Program-made: the position numbers and the translations under genes
Assembly: GCA_028534125.1 (NCBI GenBank)
Contig: CM052816.1
Location: 26,786,001-26,850,000, forward strand
DNA length: 64,000 bases
Direction of reading: 5' to 3'
DNA from: Lama glama
Taxonomy: Eukaryota
The notes under the pieces: generated by a model
The model's database searches: none
Seen by the model: only the letters and a program-made list of their open reading frames with translations
What the model was told of the DNA's origin: nothing
In this document: positions 13,076 to 23,610 of the stretch, one piece after another
How positions within the stretch are numbered: position 1 is the first letter of the stretch
Layout of the letters: the number at the start of each line of letters is the position of its first letter

Positions 13076-13729
13076 ACCAGAGCAATTATCAGTTGATCAA
13101 AGCTGACAAATGAGAAGAAAGCCATTTGCGATTTCTAAACTGTGATCATGAGATTTCCACACTTTTCAAAGTGAAATGACTAAACGATTGACCAAGTAGC
13201 AATGGTCATAGTGTTTCTGGGGTTGCAAGCTATTTGAAATGGGGTCGGGGGAGTAGTAGGAAGGACACTAGAGCTGCCATATGCAAAATAGCCAGGTGAC
13301 TGAGGTGGGCCTGAGAACCGCTCTGCATAAAACAGCTATTGGGGGATACTCTGAGATCAGCCCCGGGCAAACCACCAAACCTGAGAACTGGGGGATGAGG
13401 CAGTGAGGGCTCTCCCATATCCTGGCTTAAGTGGTAATAGGATTTTTGCTTTATTCTGTTTTCTTCTCTCTACTCTTCACTTCTCTATTGCCTCTGAATC
13501 CATGCTTTGAAAAATGCATATTCTGTGAAAAAGGGGAAATGTACACATTATTTGCTTTCATGCGGATGAACTATTTCTGGACATATACATGTAAACCAAG
13601 TACAGTGGTGTCTCTGGGAGGGGAACTGGGAATACAGAAGACAGGATGGGGAAAGACTTTCTTCTTTACATATATTTGTATGTTTTTTACTAAATTTTTG
13701 ACTATGGAAATATATTCCATCATCTTTCC

Positions 13730-14275
13730 AATGTGCACTCCTGAGCTGCTGAGACCAGAAAGTTTCAGCTCCTTCCAAGACTCCCTTGAAGCTGTTCAAC
13801 CAATTGCACGTACTTTCATGGGCTGTAGAGGATGGAAGTGGTTGAATACATCTTCCTGCTGCTTTGGGTTGTGGTTGCTGACAAGAAAGGCATGGGTGTT
13901 GAGAAGCCACTGTGGTGTAGGTGGTGACAGCTGGACACTGTGTTCTAGCGCCCAGTCACCAGCTTCCTGGTTATGGTGGTAACTTCCTGATCCTACTTGC
14001 TGATCCCTGGGTTGCAGCTACAGTGGTGTTTTGACCTCAATACCTTCCATAGCAGCCACCTGGCTCCCTGAATTCCTACTTAAGGCAGAGGTTGTAGCTT
14101 CCCTGGAAACTGCTGGAGCATTCTGGAAGTTGTGCCTGGAGACCCACCAGGAGTTCATTCCCCTCGTCCTTCCAAAAGATCCTGTAAATACTGTTTCTCA
14201 TTACTCCATTCTGCTTAAAATAGCTACTGCAGTTTCTATTTCCTGCAATGGAACTGAAATGGAATATGAAATGAC
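13730..14275 (+). mobile_element. LTR33-like ERVL LTR
   Basis: ttcctgatcc...gggttgcagctacagtggtg...gtagcttccctgg...ttctgcttaaaatagcta...tttctatttcctgcaa resembles LTR33. Confidence 0.65.
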
Positions 14276-14579
14276 ATATTAAAAATTTAAATTAAAAAAT
14301 GAAATAAATTTCATTCTCAAGGAAGATCTCTTGAGTAGTGTGCCACCAATGATGCTTGCTTGGTCTTTATTTTTTAAAAATTCTTACTGTTTTAGTAAAT
14401 CAGGAACTACTTAATGAGTAGCTATTAGCTTTATAAATCAGGTAATTTAACACTTACCTTGTCAGATTAGAAATAAATCTCTATGTGAATAAGTGAGAAT
14501 TTTTACATGTGTGTGTGTTTGTGTAAAGAGACATGACACAATCTGTGTTTCCAATAAGATCCTAGGAGAAAACATATTC

Positions 14580-16048
14580 AAATAATTCTTGTTCTTTGTT
14601 TTTATTGAACTCAAAATAGCTAATAACAAAAACATCTAAAAATATCTCCAACACTTGACTATTCAGTCATTTTTGGTTGATGACACTTGATTATTTAGTT
14701 TTTGCTTGTTTCCAGCATAGAGTAACACATCTATCATAAATATATCTCTAAGAGTTTTCAGCAAGCTTTAAACTTCTATATTTAGATCTTAATCAAAAAT
14801 CATGATTTAGTTGTTTTAAATCTAAATTTCTTCTCCCACAAGAAGCTTCTTAAACTGATAATCATAAATAAGCTAGCTATTAATTGGTTTTCAAGAAAAT
14901 GCCCAAATACAGCACACACATACAGGTTGCATATATGCTTTCAACTTTTACTACTCATAATATGAATATAAGATGTATTGTGGAGTTACATCACAAACAC
15001 ATTTAATCTACATTAATTCAGTATATGAGGTCAGTGAAAAGGAAATGATGAGGAGTAAGGAAAATAACAATAAATCCCATGGTAGTACCACCTCGTCAAT
15101 GAATGGATGTCCTCAAGTAAACCAAGATGAGTGTTGTCAATCTGATGTTCCCTTAGTCACTGAGTTCTCATCTGTCTCTTAGAGGACAAGCATCTTGCAA
15201 GGCTAAATGTAATTCTAGTGTTTAAAGGTATGTGTTTTTTATACAAAATAGCCCCTAAACACATATCAACAACTTCCATTGGTCTTCAACTGAAGAAACA
15301 GTCATCTCTTCAAACACTAGAGGAAAACTGGTTGTAGTGGATAGAGATTTTCAAAATGGCGTCAGTCTAAAGGGCTTTCAAGGACAATCCTGACAGTACC
15401 ATTTTATCTTAAGTGCTGAAATTAGAAGCTAACCCCTAGATATGATGCAACTCCACTATAACATAGATAAAAATGCCGTAATTTTAAAAAATGCCCTAAT
15501 ATTGCAAGTAAAATTTAATTTCCAGTTTAGTTCCTTCCTGATGTTTAGCGCAGTGTGTTTCTGTGATAGTATCCTGGTGCCAGCACTTCAGAATGTATCC
15601 ATACTGGCTGAGAAAAAGCTCATGAAGAAAAGATTAGTGTGTCATAAAATCTAAACCAAAAAGCTACCAAAGTTGATCAGTCTCATCTTGATTCAGGATA
15701 AGATTTTCAATCAGCAAATGGTGCGACTACAGTAGGGAGGAACTGATCTGTTACCCCTATATCCCTCAGGATCCTCTTCAGCCTCCTTCTCCTGGGTTTC
15801 TAAATTGGCAGCTACATTCTACTTCTTAAAACACTTGGCCTTAACCTTCAGCACCGTCCAGGTTCAGTTTCTATTTTTAAAGCACCATTCTAATGGAAAT
15901 GTCCCTGCCCTGAATTAAGCTGGGGCTGTGAATTTCACCACTAGCGAGAGCAGTTATGTCAGAGAGTTTGGGTTAATTTGGTAGGTATCGATTTCCTTCA
16001 CTGTGCCTTCGAAACTTGCCTCAGCTTCTTCTAGCCATGGAAGGGTTT
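14580..16048 (-). other. SNX24: SNX24 3'UTR (end approximate)
   Basis: About 1.45 kb with no recognisable interspersed repeat, from the stop codon to a minus-strand AATAAA at 14601-14606. Confidence 0.65.
14601..14606 (-). terminator. Probable SNX24 polyadenylation signal (AATAAA)
   Basis: Plus-strand tttatt; on the minus strand it is followed by T/GT-containing sequence. A second AATAAA lies at 14366-14371. Confidence 0.6.
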
Positions 16049-16116
16049 CTACCTGGGCTGTAGATGAGGGTAAAATATCCCATGGAGAACTCCTTCAATA
16101 ACCACATTGGGAAAAT
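16049..16116 (-). CDS. SNX24: Sorting nexin 24, last coding exon 7 (68 coding nt)
   Basis: gttttccag|ATTTTCCCAAT...CAGCCCAGGTAG encodes (D)FPNVVIEGVLHGIFYPHLQPR*, in frame with exon 6; stop at 16049-16051. Confidence 0.95.
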
Positions 16117-17339
16117 CTGGAAAACAAAAGGAAAACTGCGTTTCTTATGCACATCAATAAAACACAACTGTGTTCTGAAGGATGTGACGAGGTGAGGCCC
16201 AGGCATAACTTAGCAGTCTGCATCACTGTACAGTTGGCCCTCGTTTCGGATGTGCCATCAGTCACACTGCTTCAGCCTCAAGCCACGTTTGTGTAGCACC
16301 AGGCGCTGCAGGAAAGCATGGCCAGATTTGTAGCTTATTGATTTAAGGGATGTTCTAATGGTTAATGCTGCTCGGCCCCAGCTCTTTATCTGAATGTTTT
16401 CTCACAAGGAAGATGGATTACACTGGCAATTCAATTTCTAACAAAATCTCAATATACTTGAAGGAATTCCAAGATTTCTACTGGGAATACTTGGCTGCAG
16501 TTTTTCCATTGTGGTTTACAGCAGTGCTGAGGCTGAGCAGACTTGCGGATGCTTGTTCTGTTACACTAGCTTCGAGAGAGCAGTGAGATGGGGGCCTGTC
16601 TTCCTAATGAAAAAGGGCACATTTGTGACAAAAGCTATCCTGTCAAACTTGAAAAATCGGCTACACTTTTATAGGAGATACAAAGGAAATTCAGAGGTGT
16701 ATTTATGTTGTACCACATTTTAGTTATCAGAGTAGGTAAAATATGAACGGATAACTTGAAGAGGGGAATTAATCTATCACAGAAACCAGAAGTTTCATTT
16801 CTCAGTTTCAATCTGCACACAGTTATATCCAGGATTTAAATACATATATTTATTAAGGGACTTAAGCAGTCTGATACGTTAAGACAAAAAACAGTATGTT
16901 CACTTATTAATCCAATCTCTATACTACCTACCAGGTAAAACCACATACAAGGGGAATGGATCTCATCAGGGAGGAGAGGACTTGGAAAGTCTGTGGCAAG
17001 CAGGTGCCTGCAGGATTCAACGACCTGAATGGAGGCGAGTGTAGCAAGAGGAGTGGCCGTGAGCACAGAGGGGCAATTCAAGCCTGGTAAGAATGGACAG
17101 GAAGTCTGACTTTATCTGAAAAGCAGTGAGAAGCTACTGAAGGATTTTAAGCAGAGTAAGACAGAAATGAAACGTTTGGAAGAGATGACTCCGACTGCCA
17201 TTCAGGGAGTGGACTGGAGCAAGTTCAAAGTGGTGATGGATTCAACAAGACTGGTGAGGGATTTCTTAAGAGTACCCACCTAAAGAGCACTGTAAAAATT
17301 GATGAATGAAACAAAGTGCTTGGGCCTGAATTTGGCACA

Positions 17340-18110
17340 CGGTAAGTACCAGCTATTATTACGTACCAAGCACTGTCTAATTACTGGGAACATACGTAAC
17401 AGTGCCTGCCCACACCATGGAACTTACACATGAGTCAGGGAGACAAGTGAATAAACAAGCAAAATACGTTTTTAAAATATCTCCAGTACACAAGTACTCA
17501 GTTACTTTTGGTTGATGACACTTGATTTTTTAATGGTTGCTTTTATCTAACATGAAGTAACATGATCTTTCGAAAAAGGTATCCTTAAAAGTTTGTCATC
17601 AGACTTTCACCTACATATTTAGATCCCATCCAAAATCAATGATTTAGCTAAGTCAATTTTAATTCTAAATGTATTTCTTCCACACAAATATGAATTGAAA
17701 CCAATAGCCATAAATGAAGTTGTTAATTTTCAATAACCCAAATTTAGACATATTGCACGCATTAGCATACATGCATTTATCCTTTGCCACCCAAAATATA
17801 AAAAGTCTACTTGAAGCGTATTTAGCTTAAAACATTTTGATTCAAATAAATAAGATCAGCAAAAAAGGACAAAAAGAAGATAACATTAAACACTCCAGGT
17901 AATTAGAGCACTCTAATAGATTAAGCAGTGGTTTAAAGGCAAGGAAAAAAAATAAAGCAGGCATGAGGACAGAGAGTGACAGGGGATGGGAAGGTGAGGA
18001 AGGACCTTTGCGTGAAGGTGCCATTTGAGGGATGTGATGCAGCAGCTGTGAGGGTGTCTGGAGGAAGGGCATTCCCGACAGAGGGAACAGCACATGCCTA
18101 GGCCCTGTAT
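17340..18110 (-). mobile_element. L2 element interrupted by a non-L2 insert at ~17465-17905
   Basis: ccaagcactgtc...catggaacttaca...gggagacaagtgaataaacaag stops near 17460 and resumes as aggaaaaaaaataaagcagg...agagagtgacagggg near 17940. Confidence 0.65.
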
Positions 18111-18519
18111 TCACTGTCCAGCAAATGCTGAGCATATGCCAGATGCTGGAGATTTAGAGGGTGAATATAAGAGAGAGAGGAAAGGAAACAATCCGTGATC
18201 ATTGTTATAAAGGAAGTCAATAGGGTGCTCAGATAAAAGTGAATGGAACAGAGATATTTTATAACAAGGTCCACCAACTAGTAACCAATGAGATAATCCG
18301 AGGTCTTTTTTTTTTTTCCCTGTTCCACTCCACTCTAACCAGATTTTGGCTTTATTATATGCATCATTTGATATAATGTCCATTACTGCTTGAATTACTC
18401 AGAAAACTGCACTTGCCTTTGCTTCTCACTGAGAGTTGATGAAGAGGAAAGAAATTTAGGATAGGATTTGTTGTTATTTTTGTTGGTTTTCATTTATTTT
18501 TAGAAACATTTATTGTTAA

Positions 18520-19120
18520 GCTTAAAGAAAAAGTGGATGTGGTGGAGGTACTCTTGGAGGCTACTTGAAAGGAGAGTCAGCAAAGGCTCTCTAAAGTTGC
18601 ACCTGAAAGATGAAAGGCCAACGATGTGTGAGGACAAGGAGAGGGTCTGAGGAGGAAGAAGCAGGAGGGGCCCTGAGGTGACTGGGCTCAACACAGCTAA
18701 GGCCCAGAGAGAACTGCAATGAGGATGGACCAGAGTGTGCAAGGAGGTCCCGGCAGAAACGTGAGCCAGGGCCCACCCACAGGGGACCTTGGCAACCACG
18801 GTGACAGCCTAGAGCTCGCAGAGAGGGTCGGGATGGAAGAACAATCTTGTGACTCAGCTGTATACGCAAGGTAATCCCAGCCACAGTCATTTCTCAAGTA
18901 AAATGAGAAGAGCAGAGGGTCTAGGACAGACTTCGGTTGAGCTACCAGAGCCTGGAAGAAAAGCAGAAAAGTGGGAAAGCCAAAGAGAGATGGTGTTTGA
19001 TGGAGGAGAAAGTGGCCAACAGTGGCTAAAGATGATGATAAGTCAAGTCAGAGGAGGACAGAAAAACGTCCGCAGAGGTTAGCCACATTGCAGTCTCTGG
19101 GGACCTGGGTGAGAGCTGCT
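18520..19120 (-). mobile_element. L2 LINE fragments
   Basis: aagcagaaaagtgggaaagccaaagagaga, ataagtcaagtcagaggaggacagaaaa, gacctgggtgagagctg. Confidence 0.55.
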
Positions 19121-20399
19121 ATGAATTTCCCAGAAAAATCAAAACAAAGGCCGATAAGCATATACTAAGACAATAATGTTTTAGTTTTAGCATTTTTATA
19201 AGAGGATAGTGTTTAACTGTCAGAATTTTAAAGACAGACACTCCTCTAATTTTGTGGGTGTCACTGTACCTGTAAAGGTACATCCATATTCAAACTCCTC
19301 TGGAATAGGAACCTTAACATTTTGTTAAGAGGCCTTATAACACAAACATACGAGGCCAGTAAAATTTATCTTTAAATTAAATGCTAAAGATTTGCAAGAA
19401 TATGTCACTACTACAATGCTTCTAAGACGACAAGAATCTGATTTATGATATTGGGTGGGTCGAAGTTTCTCGGAAGTAGATCTAGTATCTGGCCCTTCCA
19501 TACCCGGTTGCATCCTGTCCATCAATCCCATGACTTTCATTTACTCTCAAACAGGAATCCCCTCTCTGTGCAAGTCATTCTGCTGCATCAACATTCTACC
19601 AATGATCCATACTTCTTCCTCTTTCCAACTCCAGACATTTGCCCTGATGCGCCTTCTCAGAAAGTTCCTCCTGTCCTTCATCATCAAGCCAGGTACATAG
19701 CACATGCTCCTTAATAAGCTGGATGCATCAGATTTAAGGATCATAAAATATATTCCCTCTTCCATAAAGCATCCTGGCCATTCCAGTCCACAATGATCAT
19801 TCCACTCTACACTTTTGCAGGATTTCAGTCAAATGCATGAACTATCGGAGCACAAACAGTACCTGGAAAAAGTACTTGTGGAACCATTTTTAAAACCTAG
19901 TACAAATACTTTACAAAACACTGCCAATTTAATCTAGACTAGGTAAGATGATATTTGTTACGTGTAACATCTTGTTAACATAGTATCAACTAATATACAA
20001 TCCCTATTTGTTAGATGGGAAGCAAATGCTAAAGATAGATAATTACTCCTCACTGAAAGGATTCTATAGGGAAAATACTATGAGACCTTATTTGTGTACA
20101 GCAAAGGCAGCTTTCTCTGCTAGAACAGTCCCTCAACAGAGCAGGGCTGTGCCCTAGCCAGCGTCCTTTAAACTGACAGCTAAGCGGGTGACATGAGTAC
20201 CAGCATCCCTGCCACAGAGAACAGTCCCCTCTCTCTTGCTGGTGATAACTGTTTATTATCAGAATGGAGGAATGGTTTCAATAGGTAATTTACCTATTGC
20301 TATTTATTTACTATGCTCTGGTTACTCTCTGAAACAAATGCTGAAAATTCACTGTATGGAAAGGAGAAATTGGGCAAAACGGGATCCGCCCACCACACA

Positions 20400-20525
20400 T
20401 GTGAACCTGGGCAAGTCAGGGATCCCCCTGAGCCCCAGTTTTCTCAAGTGCGAATGATGATGCCTGCCCTGCCTATTTCATGAGGTTGTTAAGGAAATTA
20501 AATGAGATAACGTCTGAGAATCTAC
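20400..20525 (+). mobile_element. MIR SINE
   Basis: cctgggcaagtca...ctgagccccagttttctca...gaggttgttaaggaaattaaatgagataa. Confidence 0.75.
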
Positions 20526-20968
20526 TCAGAACACTTTGAGAGGGACTCTGAATAATATGAATTTCTTGGCACAAAAAAAGGACTCAGGCTAAAATACTGA
20601 ATTAAAGTTATACTTAAATTAATTCATTATACTTAAATATACAACTTTTTAAAATGTATATTTGACCATCAAAGATGCTGTAATCTAAATGGAGATACCC
20701 ATGCACTGTAGACACAGCTTTGGGGAAGAAACATTTTTAAAAAGGGCCAGGGCCTTGAATTCAAACCCCAGCATCTGTTAAAAAAAAAAAATTACCCAAC
20801 AGAGGTCAAAATAACACCACCAAAAAAAAATTAAGGACAATAAATACCTTTCCCCCTTATTACTCTAATTTAAAACAGCCTGGCAAGAGAGAAAGAAAAA
20901 ATTACATTTCCTCCTGAAAGGCCTGCCCCAATTAAAATTCTGAATGTCTCTTACACCAAGAGCACTGG

Positions 20969-20974
20969 TTTATT
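20969..20974 (-). terminator. Candidate intronic polyadenylation signal (AATAAA) in SNX24 intron 6
   Basis: About 80 nt after the in-frame TGA (21054-21056) reached by reading through the weak exon 6 donor; U-rich tract downstream. Confidence 0.55.
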
Positions 20975-21091
20975 GGCAGATTATTAAGCCCCGGACCAAT
21001 GTCACTCTGTTAGACCTGTATTAAAAACGTGGTTTATGTGGTGCAGGGTCAGATCAGTAAAGAGCTGTTAGCAGATGACAGGTTTGATTAC

Positions 21092-21156
21092 CGCTGGCTG
21101 CAGGCAAGACGTATGGATCCCTGAGGAACAGCAGCACCGGCTGGTGGGACAGTTTG
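21092..21156 (-). CDS. SNX24: Sorting nexin 24, coding exon 6 (65 nt)
   Basis: tttccag|CAAACTGTCC...GCCAGCG|gtaatc encodes (S)KLSHQPVLLFLRDPYVLPAAS; visible within track ORF 21054..21239. Confidence 0.95.
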
Positions 21157-21679
21157 CTGGAAAGGTCAAGAACAGGCATGTCAGCATCAGGGGACGACGG
21201 TAAACAGAAAACACTACAAACTAGCTTTGAGGGGATCAAACTGGTGTGCGGGGACGTCTCAAGGTTTCTGCATCTTACGTTGCGGGAATAACAGCAAAGC
21301 AGAGCTGGAGGAACGAACTAGCAGCATACGTCTTCCAAATGTGTCTTTGTAGAACTTGAAGTAGATATACAATCTATACCGTAAATCATTGCTGAAAAGC
21401 ATTTTTGTTTTTTTATATCTTATAGTCTGGTTATTGATGAAATAGTATTCTTATTACTTGTATGAAACAACGTAGGGTTTTATTTCTTTGCTGTTAAATG
21501 TGACTGGTTCTTCTGTAACTTCCCATTAAATATTTATAATCTTAAAATCAATTTCTTAACAACGGTCTTCAACAAAATCATGACTTGAAACACTTGGACG
21601 ATGGCAATTAAACATTTAACAAAGCCATACTCCTATTCTTGGTTGGTGTAACTCCTGATTGACTGGAATTTGTTCTTAC

Positions 21680-21712
21680 CTTGACTCTTCAGATTCTGTC
21701 TCATCAAAAGAT
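21680..21712 (-). CDS. SNX24: Sorting nexin 24, coding exon 5 (33 nt)
   Basis: aattttag|ATCTTTTGATGAGACAGAATCTGAAGAGTCAAG|gtaaga encodes (G)SFDETESEES(S), phase 2/2. Confidence 0.94.
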
Positions 21713-23084
21713 CTAAAATTATTTTTAAAGAAAAGAGAAAGACCATATGAACTGGGTCAGTATTTATGCCAACAAAGGAAGAAACAGCCAGTATTCTCAG
21801 AGCTCTGAATTGGGAGACATTTTGAAAAGTCAGGTATTTTCACAGAGTCACGGCATTGCTGATGCCTCATTTTAAGGAAACGTAAGACTGTAACATTCTT
21901 GCATTTCAATTTTCCCAAAGATCACTTAAAAATCCCATGGTTTTCCTTTTGGACTTATATAATGAAAAGAAGATTTCACTCACTTCATTCCCAATATTCT
22001 TCTTAAAAACACACAACCACACATGAAGACCAATCTCCCAGCAAATGCATGCTAGTTGGAAGAAGGTGCAGTGACCATGCATATGATTTGCTGACTGGGG
22101 TGTGTGTTCTTGCTCTGGAATGAGTGGAAGGTGGCCCCAAGCAAAGCCTGCTGGTGAGGGAGCTGTGACAGGTGTTGGTAGCCTCTCACCAGCAGACAGC
22201 TGGGGTTTAACACGACTCTGGGTGTGGTTAGCTTAAATGTCTTGCAGTTAGTGTGGATCCTGCAGGCACATCTGGAAGCAGCAAGAAAATGGATAAACAC
22301 CTCTCCCCAGCTTGCATTGGTAGAGAGTTTGTGATGACTTGGTTCTTTGTAAACAGATTTAACATGTTGGGGATGCTGTTGACTGCCTTCGCAAGCCAAC
22401 TCAACACAGTCAGGTGCCCAGAGCTGAGCGAGTGGCTTATTTCAGACTTAATTCTGCAGAACAACTTTTCCCAATTGCTGATGAGATCAAATATCTGGTT
22501 TCTTGGGAGAAGAGGATTAGGATTGGCAGCCCTGCATTTAGAAGGTCCTGAGGGAGAGGCAGCAGGACAGTGGGGAAGGAGCTTACACAAGAGGCCTGGG
22601 CTCTGCCAGCTCCAAGGCAAGAGATCTTGGGAAGGCACTTCATTGCTGGTCTCAGTTTGTGCAACTCTAAAATGAAGGGAGTTGGGTCAAATCATCTCTA
22701 AGATCACTTACAGCTTTAAAATCATGTGAATATACATGCCAACGGGATACAGACTTTGCCCAAGAGTCCACAAATAATTAGTCTGTAAAAGGCTATGTAG
22801 ATTTATAATCCCCATGATATAACAACATTCCATATAGCAGCATAATTTAAAAAGTCAGTTCTTCACGTCTAAACCTGAGCAGTGGTCATCTGGCTGTAAT
22901 ATGGGCACAAGGACGCAGGAGGAATTCCTTTGACTTCAGGCAGGGGGAGTGAGTGCTGTCCTGAGCCCACAGCACGTGTGTGGCCAGGCTGGCCCTTCTG
23001 GCACCAGTAAATGACTGGTTAGGTCAGTAAATGACTGAAATGTAACTTAAGATACATGTCCAATAGGTAAACAACCACTCTTAC

Positions 23085-23179
23085 CCACAACTCTCTGCCT
23101 TTGGTAGAGAGGGCAAATGTCGCACGTTTAGGAAGTCAAGAAACAGTTTGGGGAGTTCTTCATTTTCTAGAATGACAGC
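23085..23179 (-). CDS. SNX24: Sorting nexin 24, coding exon 4 (95 nt)
   Basis: ttcacag|GCTGTCATT...AGTTGTGG|gtaaga encodes AVILENEELPKLFLDFLNVRHLPSLPKAESC(G), in frame with exon 3. Confidence 0.96.
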
Positions 23180-23579
23180 CTGTGAAAGCAGACAACAGAA
23201 TGAGAAAGTGAAGTTTGCTAGGCAATCCAACCAATAAACTATTTCAAAAAGTCATAACCATCTGTCAAAGTTCTTACCAACATTATGACCCAAAAGCAAA
23301 ATGAGAGTGGTCCCCATTTCACCCACCAGGAATTCAGGCCAACATGCATGCTATTCAGTGTCAGCAAATGCTCCATTTCACCAGCCAGCATTTACAGTGC
23401 ACCTACGTTACTCCAGATGCTGACTAAGGGGCGAGACAGTTGGCCACCAGGTAGACAAAGTTCCTGCCTTCAAGGAGGTTCTAATAAAGTGTTAGTATTT
23501 CAGAAAACCTGGGAACATCAAGAATACTGCTAAGATAGTTAGATCAAGTTTTCCTAATTGAGTGATAAAGTGGTCTGAT

Positions 23580-23583
<4 letters not shown>

Positions 23584-23610
<27 letters not shown>
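23584..23610 (+). repeat. (TG)n microsatellite
   Basis: About 13 TG units. Confidence 0.9.

Noticed and set aside
13431..13982. Longest ORF in the track (183 aa, + strand)
   Set aside because: GTG start, crosses an old L1-like fragment and an LTR33-like element, no recognisable domain or exon structure.
16021..16206. 61-aa minus-strand ORF over SNX24 exon 7 (also 62575..62763 over exon 3)
   Set aside because: Wrong reading frames across real exons; the true frames are set by the splice phases.
23441..23458. CTCF-like tggccaccaggtagacaa
   Set aside because: Matches only the first half of the CTCF core and lacks the GGC-rich second half.
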